A stretch of DNA of 63,902 nt, the filler included, from Octopus bimaculoides (Eukaryota): the NCBI RefSeq assembly GCF_001194135.2. It is 5 parts of 4 records of this genome, joined end to end, with 100 filler letters (N's around TTAATTAATTAA, not from the genome) between each part and the next. Parts side by side here need not be neighbours in the genome. Positions count along the whole stretch, not along the records: positions 1 to 13,308 come from NC_068983.1; 4 more parts are not named here. The stretch is one strand, 5' to 3'. The notes beneath the pieces are model-generated. The model was given only the letters and a program-made list of their open reading frames with translations. It was not told where the DNA came from and made no database searches. This document shows positions 1 through 12,465 of the stretch, piece after piece. The number at the start of each line of letters is the position of its first letter. Positions within the stretch are counted from its first letter, which is position 1. Position numbers and translations under genes: made by a program.

Positions 1-521
1 TGTGTGTATGTGTGTGTGTGTGTGTGTTTTCTTTTGGTTGTAAGTGTAAAGTAGATTAAAAATTCTACACAGTTTCCTCTCATGTTATTCAAGTTCTAAG
101 ATAGCCATAGATAGCATAGAGAAATTTTTCAGGGAGACTTGGTTTCTACTTGAGCAGATTAAATAAAGTAGAAATTCTTTCTGTCTGCTATCTTAAATAG
201 AGATTCTGAGAACAAGATGTTCTGTTTTAAACATATGAAAACAATTGTTATATTTTGAAATTGGATGAAAAATTTATAGTGAAGTATTTCTTTTTAACAT
301 TTTTTATGTAGTCATTACAGTCAAGTAATAGCTATGTGTTCATAATTAAGAGAGGAAGCAAATGGACAGACTAATGAAAGACTGTTATTCCAGCCAGAAA
401 GAGAGAAAGAGAGAGAGAGAGAGAGACAGTAGTTTATTTTTCATTGCTAGTGCTATGCAATTTCTATGACCAAAACTACCTAGCTATAAATTGTTTTATA
501 GCTAGACACTGACCAAGTCTA

Positions 522-657
522 CATCATCATCATCATCATTGTTTAACGTCCGCTTTCCATGCTAGCATGGGTTCGACGATTTGACTGAGGACTGGTGAAA
601 CCGGATGGCAACACCAGGCTCCAATCTAATTTGGCAGAGTTTCTACAGCTGGATGCC
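522..657 (-). mobile_element. 3' end of RTE-family LINE (or its derived SINE) with (GAT)n tail
   Basis: Reverse complement contains CATGCTAGCATGGAAAGCGGACGTTAAAC and a (GAT)n tail, matching the tail of the RTE at 8351-8395. Confidence 0.8.
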
Positions 658-921
658 ATTTTTTTTCCTCCATTAATATCTCGATAGAAAGTCTTTTTAT
701 TTATTCATAATTATAATAAATTGCTCCTGATACTATCTGGTGTACTTATATTAATTAGTTAATACTAATAATAACAAACCTTAGTTAAAATCAGATTATA
801 AAAAATGATATGAGGTTAATATGTCTGTAACATGAAAATTTATTAGAAATGGTGCCTTCTGATATCAAGCACTTATTATTTCACATCCAGTCTCTCTAAT
901 TGGGCTACTCTGTTTTCCCAG

Positions 922-1012
922 AAGAAATCATGATCTACAGAATTGGTTGAGCTTTTTAGTCTTCATATTACTACTGACATTATTTGCATTCATACTATTC
1001 ATACTTAAATAA
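922..1012 (+). CDS. Candidate terminal exon encoding a C-terminal transmembrane helix (RNHDLQNWLSFLVFILLLTLFAFILFILK*)
   Basis: Pyrimidine-rich acceptor CTCTGTTTTCCCAG (AG at 920-921), phase-2 entry, about 20 near-consecutive hydrophobic codons, TAA at 1010-1012, AATAAA at 1209-1214. No upstream exon identified; AT-rich DNA can mimic this. Confidence 0.35.
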
Positions 1013-2611
1013 TGAATGAGAAAAAAGTTATTTCTTGTAAAATTTGGTAGAATCAGTCATCCAACCAAAAGTCAAGAATTAATGAAGCTAAATTTAACTG
1101 GATTTGAGAAGTTTTGATGACAAAGGGAAAAACCTAATTTTATTAGCTTTGAACATTAGATTTAAATTATTAAATATTCATTATCCCACTTAATAGAGTT
1201 TGTGACCAAATAAATACATTACAATTTTTTAATTTGCCACTCTTGGTTTCAAGTTCTAACCATTTTGAGATCAACTCATTATCCTCCTACATCAAAGCAA
1301 GTTGCTAATTCCATCAATTCTCTACAAAAAGTAACCTTCTAAAAGACATACTATCGATTTTAGCATTTCTTTTAATCATCTCATTTCTATTAATTATTGG
1401 AAATGATATATAAAAATGATATACAAAAAGTTGTAATTTAGAAGTATTCAAACTATGAACGAATTGATTTAATTTACCACAGTAGAAGTTGTAATCAATT
1501 AGTAATGATGTTTTTGCCTATTAAAGCATTTTTCATTTAGAATTTGATACAGAATGTTTGGATTATTTATACTTAGTTAAGCAATTATTCCCACTGGTAT
1601 GTTTTATGCAAAATACAGATGCATGCAGCATTTTGGACTATAAATTAATTAGTAATTTACTAGTTTGTTTCCTGATTTGATTATAAAATATCTCAAATAA
1701 TGCTATAATAATGAAATACATGGAATAAGAAAAGAATTCATTGGAGTTTCTTATTTTCACTTTCTTTTCCAGATTCATGATTAGAACCAGATTTAAATTT
1801 AATCATGAAAATGNNNNNNNNNNNNNNNNNNNNNNNNNNNNNNNNNNNNNNNNNNNNNNNNNNNNNNNNNNNNNNNNNNNNNNNNNNNNNNNNNNNNNNN
1901 NNNNNNNNNNNNNNNNNNNNNNNNNNNNNNNNNNNNNNNNNNNNNNNNNNNNNNNNNNNNNNNNNNNNNNNNNNNNNNNNNNNNNNNNNNNNNNNNNNNN
2001 NNNNNNNNNNNNNNNNNNNNNNNNNNNNNNNNNNNNNNNNNNNNNNNNNNNNNNNNNNNNNNNNNNNNNNNNNNNNNNNNNNNNNNNNNNNNNNNNNNNN
2101 NNNNNNNNNNNNNNNNNNNNNNNNNNNNNNNNNNNNNNNNNNNNNNNNNNNNNNNNNNNNNNNNNNNNNNNNNNNNNNNNNNNNNNNNNNNNNNNNNNNN
2201 NNNNNNNNNNNNNNNNNNNNNNNNNNNNNNNNNNNNNNNNNNNNNNNNNNNNNNNNNNNNNNNNNNNNNNNNNNNNNNNNNNNNNNNNNNNNNNNNNNNN
2301 NNNNNNNNNNNNNNNNNNNNNNNNNNNNNNNNNNNNNNNNNNNNNNNNNNNNNNNNNNNNNNNNNNNNNNNNNNNNNNNNNNNNNNNNNNNNNNNNNNNN
2401 NNNNNNNNNNNNNNNNNNNNNNNNNNNNNNNNNNNNNNNNNNNNNNNNNNNNNNNNNNNNNNNNNNNNNNNNNNNNNNNNNNNNNNNNNNNNNNNNNNNN
2501 NNNNNNNNNNNNNNNNNNNNNNNNNNNNNNNNNNNNNNNNNNNNNNNNNNNNNNNNNNNNNNNNNNNNNNNNNNNNNNNNNNNNNNNNNNNNNNNNNNNN
2601 NNNNNNNNNNN

Positions 2612-2657
<46 letters not shown>

Positions 2658-4876
2658 GTGATGATGTGAACAGGTGGGTGAGCTCTTAAAGAAATTAATG
2701 TTTCTTTTGAGTTTCTGCTGATTCATTATTAGAAAGAAAAAGTGGGTATGGACATAGACATATTGTGGAAGTAGAATTAGGTATAGTTTACAATGTTGTT
2801 ATATTCTGTAAGGTTAACGAATATGCTACACAGTGTTTTAATATTTCTTATGCAACTCAATATTTACTATGTTGAATCATTTGCTAAACAAATTCAGTCT
2901 TTGTTAGAGCAAGATAATCTTTCTCCTAAAATGAAATTGCAGTGTTTCTTATCAATTGCTGGTGCATCGAGTTATTTGTGATATTATTGAACAAAACTGA
3001 TTGTATTCATGTTGTATTCAAATTGACAAAACAAGTTAAATTAAACCAAATCAAAATAAACTGATAAAATTGAAATTTGCACTTGAATTGAAATCTAATA
3101 ATAGGTGTAATATTTTTATTAATTTCTATTTCAGTTTAAAATTTTTTTTTTTATTTTAGAGGGGTTTTTTTAACGTCTCCCTATCTGAAGAAAAATATCA
3201 ATTGATAGTATACTATTTCTGTATCTTTTGATCCTTAACCACCATACTGGGTTAAAAATGGTTGAAGTTATTTGATGAGTTTATAGAGCAGAAATATACT
3301 CCTACTTAGCCAATGAGATGCAATTCAAATTCTTATATGTAATTATTTTCCTTTCACTTACATCACTAATNNNNNNNNNNNNNNNNNNNNNNNNNNNNNN
3401 NNNNNNNNNNNNNNNNNNNNNNNNNNNNNNNNNNNNNNNNNNNNNNNNNNNNNNNNNNNNNNNNNNNNNNNNNNNNNNNNNNNNNNNNNNNNNNNNNNNN
3501 NNNNNNNNNNNNNNNNNNNNNNNNNNNNNNNNNNNNNNNNNNNNNNNNNNNNNNNNNNNNNNNNNNNNNNNNNNNNNNNNNNNNNNNNNNNNNNNNNNNN
3601 NNNNNNNNNNNNNNNNNNNNNNNNNNNNNNNNNNNNNNNNNNNNNNNNNNNNNNNNNNNNNNNNNNNNNNNNNNNNNNNNNNNNNNNNNNNNNNNNNNNN
3701 NNNNNNNNNNNNNNNNNNNNNNNNNNNNNNNNNNNNNNNNNNNNNNNNNNNNNNNNNNNNNNNNNNNNNNNNNNNNNNNNNNNNNNNNNNNNNNNNNNNN
3801 NNNNNNNNNNNNNNNNNNNNNNNNNNNNNNNNNNNNNNNNNNNNNNNNNNNNNNNNNNNNNNNNNNNNNNNNNNNNNNNNNNNNNNNNNNNNNNNNNNNN
3901 NNNNNNNNNNNNNNNNNNNNNNNNNNNNNNNNNNNNNNNNNNNNNNNNNNNNNNNNNNNNNNNNNNNNNNNNNNNNNNNNNNNNNNNNNNNNNNNNNNNN
4001 NNNNNNNNNNNNNNNNNNNNNNNNNNNNNNNNNNNNNNNNNNNNNNNNNNNNNNNNNNNNNNNNNNNNNNNNNNNNNNNTAAAAACAGAAAATTGTATTT
4101 TTTCTGTCTTCTGTAAATGCCAGGTTGTAACTGCAAGTGTTCCTCATTGATTTACATATAGAATTAGTTTCACATATTTAAAAAGATATACTTCTTCACA
4201 TTAATCTATTCTTTTGTCAGCCTTGGAGAAAATAAAATTCACTTGTAGTTTGTTCTTGTTTCAGTAAACAAGAGATAATGCTCAACAATGTCTATGATAA
4301 CTGAAAGAAATATATTGTAACACAATAAATATAAATTTTAAAAACAATGGAGAATAAGTGATCACCTACATTTTCACTGCCATATATGTTGACTTAAGAC
4401 CATTTTTATCAAACAAAATCTTGCATTTTTTAAAATAGTATAGTATTTTACAGGGAATTTCTTAATGTTATCTATTGAGTTCTCCAAATTGGCTTATTTG
4501 GATGGGTCTCTAATCCAAGTAATTTTTGTTGTTATAATTGTGTAGACATCCCATAAATTTCTGCATCACCAACAAACTGTTCAAACACATAAGCCACCAG
4601 CTTATTATCAAGGTTTGATATGACACCCTCCTGACACTGTACTGGGAAATTGAGTAGTTGTCATATATAAATAGTTATATATAGAACAATAATGGGGATT
4701 TTTTTCTCTTTAAGTTAATCACTGGATGTGCAATGAGGCTCCTTATAAAAATGCCAATATTTAACTTCAAAACATTTGTTTTACTTAGGAACTCTGTTGT
4801 CCGATATCTTTGCTTACATATGTCACAAGATAAATTTATTCAGCCACCATTACCAATATACATATATACAACTGAT

Positions 4877-5007
4877 GGGCTTCCACACAATTTCTGTCTA
4901 CCAAATTTCACTCACAAAGCTTGGTAGTCTGAGGCTATATGGTAGAAGACAACACAATCCATGTACTGAGATGAAGCCTAGACCCATGTGGTTGACAAGT
5001 TCTCAGC
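4877..5007 (-). mobile_element. Diverged fragment of tRNA-derived SINE family C
   Basis: CTACCAAATTTCACTCACAAAGCTTGGTAGTCTGAGGCTATATGGTAGAAGAC aligns by eye to the copies at 25620-26455. Confidence 0.6.
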
Positions 5008-6512
5008 CAATTTGATAACTATTTTATTTTATAAGTAGGTTGGAATTTTCTGGAGTTTTCCCCGCTTCCCCCAGTTAGATACTATTTATATGAAATAATA
5101 AAATAATTTACAAAGAAATTGTTATATGTAATTTTTTCATGTCCTGAACCATTCTTATACATAACTGAAAAATCAGTGTAACTTTAAGCAAACAAAACCT
5201 TCTCTGTATTTCCATACCAGTGTCACAAAGACAACTACAATAATATATACAGAATCAACTGTTAACATTTATGTATATGTTTGAACTACATTTGAGTATG
5301 CATGTGTGTGTGTATGTATGTGTGTGCAAGCACACACACACACATACACACATTTTGTTACATGTGTGGGTGTACCTATCTAGGTTTAAACTCTTACACT
5401 TTTATAACTTTTGTAAAAATATGACCTGACTGAAGAACAAATTGGTTTAAAATATAATGTAGATAAGCACACAATGGATGAGGGTAATAGTTCAAGCAAT
5501 ATTTATCACAATCTAGATTTTCTATTGCGTATATAATCTTCATATGTGATGTGAGTTCAGTTGTCACCTATTTTTATGCCTTTCATTTTAGTATTCGTTG
5601 CTTTACTTCCTTGAACACTTTCAAAGTGCAGCTTTGACTTCCATGTAAATGTAAATAAGGATGGAAGGTTACATGAAGAACAAAGAATTTTTCTTTGAGA
5701 TTCAAGTTTTTCTTGTGCAGAGATCAAGCCAGTGACTAACAGAAGGAAAAGGCTCCTTTGTCTAATTCAAGACAGTTTGCTGGGATTTGTGAATATGTGA
5801 ATGAGTCAGTGGGTGCATATGCAGACAAGCTTGTGTAATAGGTGTGCTTGCCACTTTAGTACACAAGTGTGTTTTATTTGTTTTTGTATGCCTATATATA
5901 CCATATGCACCTGCAATTCATTTTAAGAAACTTAAATGGAGAACTGCTGGAATGTTTTACAAATTTTCGTGTTCCACTAATGGAAATGTTTTTGAAGGCT
6001 GCAAATTTTGTTTGTTGATTCTAGACTTTTATGCATATCTATTGTTGCACAGCTAAGTGTACTTATGATGATAGGTTCAAACAGAAAACTGCAGCCTAGA
6101 GTCGTAGTTCACCATAAATGTCCTTTCCTCCAATTTGAATAAGACATTCACATCTGCTGTGCAACTAACCTCTACAGTAGTGTATGATCCTTGTTACCTG
6201 TTCCATATAACAAAATCATGCTTCTTCTGCTAGTAGCAGGTTGTTTTTATTGGAATCTTCTACTAATATTCTTTGTTTTATTTATGTACTAGCAGAAATG
6301 CCCAGTGTTACTTGGGATTAAAATGGCATAGTTTGTATATATATATTAGAGTTATGTTGAAACAGGTGATATGGTGAAGTGCAGCATTGACGACAAAACA
6401 TTTGTGGAGTAAATAATGGGCTAATTAGACTAAGCAACATGTCATGCATACAAAAGTTTGGAGTATTCCAGGCCCTAATTTGTCATGGAAAATTGGGGGT
6501 GGGGGGTATGTA

Positions 6513-6834
6513 CATGCCTTTGCTGATCTTGAGAAAGTCTCATCTTGCTTCTGTCTTGAGACTCCATTTGATATGCTGTGGCATGCCTTTGCTGATCTTG
6601 AGAAAGTCTCGTCTTGCTTCTGTCTTGAGACTCTGTTTGACGTGCTGCAGCATGCATCTGCTGATGTTCAGAAAGTCTCATCTCCCTTCTCTCTCGAGAC
6701 TCCATTTGACATACTGCAGCATGCCTTTGCTGATCTTGAGAAAGTCTCATTTCTTTTGTCTTGAGACTCCATTTGATGTGCTGCTGCATGCGTTTGGGAA
6801 TGTCTCGTCTCACTTCTGTCTTGACACTCCATTT
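6513..6834. repeat. 69-bp minisatellite, about 5 units (left part)
   Basis: Unit CATGCCTTTGCTGATCTTGAGAAAGTCTC...CCATTTGACGTGCTGCAG starts at 6513, 6582, 6651, 6720 and 6787. Confidence 0.95.
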
Positions 6835-7120
6835 GGTGCCCGGCAAGTTTGTCTAAAACAATTTATCGAAAACAGTATTAATCCTGAAAAAATTTGTCTA
6901 AAGCACAATTTGACTAAAAAATAAAAAGTGTTTCTTTTTTGATGAATTCATAGGAAGTGGAAAGGAATAGTTGTTTACTCATGCTATTAAGCATAAATAG
7001 TTGTTTGCGATAATATGGAATAAAACTAGTTGTTTACTATTATGTGGAATAAAACTAGGTGATTTCTAAACAAAATTTCTTATTTGGAATTATTCGCAGT
7101 GAAAAGACCCATAGCCAAAG

Positions 7121-7620
7121 ATGTCTGTTGAATTTACTGAATCAGAAAAAGGTTGTAAGAAGTTGGACATACATACTATAAGAATGGCGAAAATGGTGAA
7201 TGTGTTTATTGGAAGTGCAAAAAATATCCAAAAACAAAATTCCATACTTGCATAGTTATTGTAAAGGATGAAATTGTGAAATCTTCTAAGGACCATAATC
7301 ATATATTGGATGCCGCTGAAATTGCAGCAAAAGAAGCCATTTCAAAAATATGTCAACTGGCTAAGTCAACACAAGATGCACCCCATTCAGTCGTATCTAG
7401 TGTTCTCGATGATTACAATTAAGCTGTTGCCTCCAAATTACCAAAAATGCAAAGTATTAAGTGAACAATAAGAACTATAAGGCAACAAACTCTTACTGGG
7501 TTGGCCCTACCATCAACTTGCAGTGAAATAGTTTTTCTACCTGAATTTACTAAATCCTTTAAAGGTGATCAATTTCTGCTTTATGACTCAGGACCAGTTG
7601 AAAAGTGTATTGTGATATTT
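7121..7620 (+). pseudogene. MULE transposase N-terminal part with FLYWCH-type zinc finger
   Basis: Translation VYWKCKKY...KDHNH (FLYWCH-like) continues to GDQFLLYDSG. One frameshift and two in-frame stops. Confidence 0.8.
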
Positions 7621-7623
7621 GTG

Positions 7624-8395
7624 ACTGGCCCTGCTCGCTTGATCTGTAGAAAAGGAGTGGGTAGTAACTCTATAAGATGCACCCAGTGCAAGCTATGGAC
7701 ACATAAGAGGTGCAGCAATATCAAAGGAAGGTTAGCTAGGAAGTTAGTTTTTGTACGTAGCAGATGTTCAGGAGCTATAAATACTGTGAATGTGCAGAAA
7801 ACAACTTCGGCCACATTCCAGGGAGAAAAACTAGAAGTGGTTGATAGCTTCCGCTATCTAGGTGACCAAATTAGCAGTGGGGGTGGGTGCGCTGGAAGCG
7901 TAACTGCTAGAATTAGAGTAGCCTGGGCAAAGTTCAAAGAGATCTTACCTCTGCTGGTGACAAAGGATCTCTCTCTCAGAGTAAAAGGCAGATTGTATGA
8001 TGCATGTGTACGAACAGTTATGCTTCATCGCAGTGAAACATGGGCCGTGACTGCTGAGGACATGCGTAAGCTCACAAGGAATGAAGCCAGTATGCTCCGA
8101 TGGATGTGTAATGTCAGTGTGCATACTAGATAGAGTATCAGTATCTTGAGAGAAAAGTTGAACTTACGAAGCATCTTGGTGCGCAAGAGAGACGACTGCA
8201 CTGGTATGGTCATGTAGCGAGAATGGATGAGTATAGCTGTGTGAAAAAGTNNNNNNNNNNNNNNNNNNNNNNNNNNNNNNNNNNNNNNNNNNNNNNNNNN
8301 NNNNNNNNNNNNNNNNNNNNNNNNNNNNNNNNNNNNNNNNNNNNNNNNNNCATGCTAGCATGGAAAGCGGACGTTAAACGATGATGATGATGATG
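7624..8395 (+). mobile_element. 5'-truncated RTE LINE inserted in the MULE transposase
   Basis: CRKGVGSNSIRCTQCKLWTHKRC...FRYLGDQ...KGRLYDACVRTVMLHRSETW...LRWMC is the C-terminal part of an RTE RT. Ends with a (GAT)n tail at about 8380-8395. Contains a 100-N gap. Confidence 0.9.
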
Positions 8396-8419
8396 TAATT
8401 TACTCTGTTTATCACTTAG

Positions 8420-9174
8420 CAGTCACTGGTAATGCAGACGGAATATTTAAAACAATCCCTTTGTTATTTCGCCAGTTATATACCCTACGTGGATTAAAAG
8501 AGAAAGCTTCAAAGCTGTTCGTGTCTGCATTATTGCCAGACAAAACAGAAAAACATAAGATAAAGTATTTTAGACCATTATCAATAACGATCGATTTTGC
8601 GAAAGCTTCGATGAAAGCATTTTTGAAAAAATTTCCTAGTGCAGAACAGAACAGTTGCTTTTTCCACTTCGGCCAATGTATCTTTTGTGTAATTCAAAGT
8701 AATGATTTAAAACGAAAATATGAAACAGACCCTAATTTTGCTTTAGTAGTGAGGATGCTAACAGCATTAGCATTTGTCTCAGTAGGAACAGTTACAGGGG
8801 CATTTGAGTTATTATGTGATAATAACACCTTTCCTGATGAAGCATAAGAAATCATTGGTTATTTCGAGGATACATGGATCGGAAGGCCAAACAGAAGGAA
8901 TGCGTGATGCCCACCTCTCTTCCCACTAAATATGGCTTCGAGCATTTGGAACCCAAGTTGGGTCTCATCACCCCAACATCTAGAGATTTATCAACTTTTT
9001 ACAAAAAGAACTAAGCTAGATTCAGAGTGAGCAGTATATTGCTGGAATGAAACCAGGACCTCCAAAGAAGTGCTGTCGAGATACTGCAAAATTAATAAAA
9101 GTCTTGTTCAAAATTTTGATCCACAAAATATCATCAATTATGTTCGTGGTATAGTACACAACATTTCCTATTAA
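8420..9174 (+). pseudogene. MULE transposase DDE domain remnant
   Basis: ADGIFKTIPLLFRQLYTL...LPDKT...SITIDF...CFFHFGQCI...ALAFV...YFEDTWIG...YVRGIVHNISY*. Typical MULE D..D and CxxH motifs, with stops and frameshifts. Confidence 0.88.
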
Positions 9175-9443
9175 GATTTTCAATAAATACTATCTTTTGT
9201 TTTTTATGCGTTTTGAATTAAAATAATCCTAATGTTTTTATAAATAGTTAACAGCTAGTTATAAACCCAAAGAATTATAAATTATGAATTAAAAAATACG
9301 AATTCATCAAAACAAAACAATTTTTTTTTTTTAGACATTGTTTCTAGATTAATACTGTTTTAGACAAATTGTTTTAGACAAATTGCATTTAGATCAATTG
9401 TATTGTAGACGAATTGTTTGGGACAAACTCGCCTACACCCCAC

Positions 9444-9590
9444 CCCCATTTGACGTGCTACAGCATGCATTTGCTGATCTTGAGAAAATCTCATCTCCCT
9501 TCTCCCTTGAAACTCCACCTGACGTGCTGCAGCATGCATTTGCTGATGTTTGGAATGCCTCATCTCCTTTCTCTATTGAGACTCCTTTAA
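9444..9590. repeat. 69-bp minisatellite, about 2 units (right part, resumes after the MULE)
   Basis: CCATTTGACGTGCTACAGCATGCATTTGCTGATCTTGAG continues the array at the phase where it was interrupted at 6834. Confidence 0.9.
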
Positions 9591-10026
9591 TTTAAGGGTA
9601 AATATGTAATTGTAAATACCTTGCAACTGCTGTGATAATTATGAACTGGTAATTGAATGATAAATGCGTATTTTTATATACCTTGGACCTGTCACCTAAT
9701 TGTTTTTTGTCAAGAATTTCACCCCCAGCCTTTCATTATGTCAGTCAACACTCATACACTGACACACCATTCCACTGTCATGGCAGTAAAGATGGAAAAT
9801 TGCCGCTGCGTAATGTTGTTCACATTAGGATATAAATTATTCATTTATTTATCACAGTAGAATTAAAAGTGAAAGAATAAAGGTGAAACAATATTATATG
9901 ACATTACAATATAGATCTTATTTTTTCACTTTTGACATGTAATGCCGAACCAGTGCCAATGTTATATTGTTTTAATTCAAACGAAAAAAAATTACATGTT
10001 GACACTCATGAACTCTGATACTATTA

Positions 10027-10941
10027 TGTAGTGAAACTACCTCTCTCACGGTTATTTATGTACAAATGCGAACGTAGCAGGTAACAACTCTTTCCCGCCT
10101 TGCTGTGTCATCACCTGACTGACTACTATTTTCGCGGCAATTGCCTCCAGTCCTTTCACGCCAGGATGCAAACCGACCAATCGTGGCCATCTAATAAGGT
10201 CACGTGAGAAAGTGTTTTCTGATGGTCTCTGGAGCCTCGCTGTACCTATAAATGGCCTAAATTATCCGCGCCAGTTTGTCGCGGCTTCGGATCTTCTAAG
10301 ATCTGGTCGTAGACCACACAGCACCAACCAACCAGCCAGTTCCAGCGACGACGTCAACAGCATCGTTCAACTGTTTACTACAATCCTCGTTCCCAGCGTC
10401 AACACGACTCCACGTACACAAGCAACCAAACAGCAACCGCAGCTTCTCTTCTCAACCCTGTTGGGTGAATTGTTCACCACGAAATAACAGCCAGAATTCG
10501 ACACCTGCGAGAACCCATCTGTATCAAGAATCCGGCCCGGCATAGAAGCCTCAACTCCACGACAAGTGACTTAGCTCTGCCTCAACCTTAACCTCTTATA
10601 TACAGACCTACAATCTAACTGTGTACCCTAACTGAGCACTGGTATTTCAAATCCTGGTGTCTGGACTTACTTCTAACGTACTTATTACAGACTCTTTTCT
10701 ATCCTCTGTATCTCTTGCATTCACATACATATATTTGTATACACACTCTTCTGTTTACATGACGGCCTGTCTTATATTGTGTTTTATTATGTCGCATTCA
10801 CACACACACACACACACAGACAGTGTAATGCTCCAATAAATCTTACTGTTATTCATCTTTATCGGTTGCGTTTCTATCTTTTCCTTACTGGCACTCCTTC
10901 GCCTTAAACATGCGAATTCTCTATGTTATAGTATTATAACA
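10027..10941 (+). mobile_element. Solo LTR (about 915 bp)
   Basis: TGT...ACA termini, flanked on both sides by TATTA (10022-10026, 10942-10946). Internal CCAAT, CACGTG, TATAAA (about 10247) and AATAAA (about 10835) occur in LTR order. GC content is higher than the flanks. Confidence 0.7.
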
Positions 10942-11544
10942 TATTATATTTTTGTGTCGACCGTGTGACGCGTTAAAAAAGGAGCCTGTTTTCCATTCGT
11001 CACCATTTCTCCTTTGGTTCGCACGGTCGTTCTACAATTACCATGTAAAATTTAATTTGATTTGGTCAAGCTGTTTGAGAATGCATAGGGAACAGACAAA
11101 CAAAGAATTTTATATATATATAGACAAGGAAGTCAATTTGTAGACAACTTACAAACCCCATTTGAGCGTATAAAGCTCTAGAAGAAAATAGCTTGAGTGA
11201 AAAAACTTGAGGTGCTCTAGAATAGCTTTTTCTAACACATGATTGCTCAGTGATGTGGTTGAAATCTCATTGGTTAGTAATTAAGGCTTAGCGGTCATAT
11301 GTATGCTTGCACAACTGCACACACAACGTTTTTCAATAGAGGGAGAAATGCAAATAGTGTATTTAAATATACAAAATACAAAATTTTCAAATAAGTAATG
11401 TTGTGGGGAGAACACAAATACATTCTGGGAGAATATATTTTGTAAGTTCTGGGAGAACGTACAAAGACCGTAGCAACAGATTTTTATGCACGACTAATTG
11501 AAATAAGTGGAAGACAATTTGTAGACAGAAGTTAGTATCTGAGT

Positions 11545-11574
11545 GAGTTGAAGACAGAGAGACAGAGAGAGAGG

Positions 11575-11624
<50 letters not shown>

Positions 11625-11628
11625 GAGA
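11545..11628. repeat. (GA)n microsatellite
   Basis: Direct reading. Confidence 0.95.
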
Positions 11629-12029
11629 GTGAAAGAAACTGACATAGACTAAAAGAGAGGTACTACTATGGAGGGTGAGAGAGAATATGTGTAGGCAAGA
11701 GAAACAGAGAATGAGAAAAGGAAGAGAATCGGTTGAAAACTACAGAAGCTTTTAGAGAAAACACCGTTTTTCTCACTTTATGTGGGAGCTCTGGGCAAAA
11801 TATTATAGTGCATGATCATCCTTGGTACATAAGTAATCTGTGTATAATGTTTGGTGAAAATCAGTTGAAAATTGTAGAAATGCATACGTACTACACACAC
11901 AGACATCCTTTGTTTTATTTATATANNNNNNNNNNNNNNNNNNNNNNNNNNNNNNNNNNNNNNNNNNNNNNNNNNNNNNNNTATATAAGTAATGAAAAGC
12001 AATCATTGTGTGTGTACATCAAATAACAA

Positions 12030-12465
12030 TACTGTGTGACCAACAACAAGGTCCTGGAAAGAGCCAACAATCAAAGTATCAAATCGCTGATCATGAGACA
12101 CCATCTTCAATGGTCAGGACATGTAGCAAGAATGGAAGAATCAAAGTTCCCACGCCAAGTCTTATTCAGGCTCACTTCATGGCTGCCCTCTTCAAAGATA
12201 CAGGGACCAACTCAAATCAACACTGAAAACCACTAGACTTGTGCCTAAATCATTTTAAAAACCAAGCCCGTGATCATACCAACTGGCAGTGTTCCATCAC
12301 CATTAAAACTAAAAACTTTGAAGAGAAAAGGAAGGAATCAAATGACAGGAGAGAAACATTCATCAAAAATCAACCTCGTCCTCTGCCAACATTACTATGT
12401 ACTCAATGCCATTGACTCTTCCATGCAAAAATTAACCTGATTAGTCATCAACACCATCACCATAA
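12030..12465 (+). mobile_element. RTE (BovB-like) LINE C-terminal fragment
   Basis: TNNKVLERANNQSIKSLIMRHHLQWSGHVARMEESKFPRQVLF and a decayed terminal C2H2-like motif (CTQC...SHQHHH). Confidence 0.75.

Larger units (their letters stand above)
6835..9440 (+). mobile_element. Decayed MULE/Mutator DNA transposon
   Basis: Imperfect TIRs: left GGTGCCCGGCAAGTTTGTCTAAAACAATT; right end reverse-complements to GGGTGTAGGCGAGTTTGTCCCAAACAATT. Degenerate ~8-10 bp TSD (CTCCATTT/CCCCATTT). Internal transposase remnants. Confidence 0.85.

Noticed and set aside
1741-4147. Long ORFs spanning N runs (also at 20070-20651, 53381-54040, 55566-56720, 58429-59695, 60210-60672)
   Set aside because: They consist of X residues from gaps plus (TA)n-encoded YIYI; not genes.
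4256-4649. Possible minus-strand exons (QCQEGVISNLDNKLVAYVFEQFV...; IIDIVEHYLLFTETRTNYK*)
   Set aside because: Acceptors are plausible, but donors are weak, there is an in-frame stop, and no homology is recognisable; cannot be supported without RNA data.
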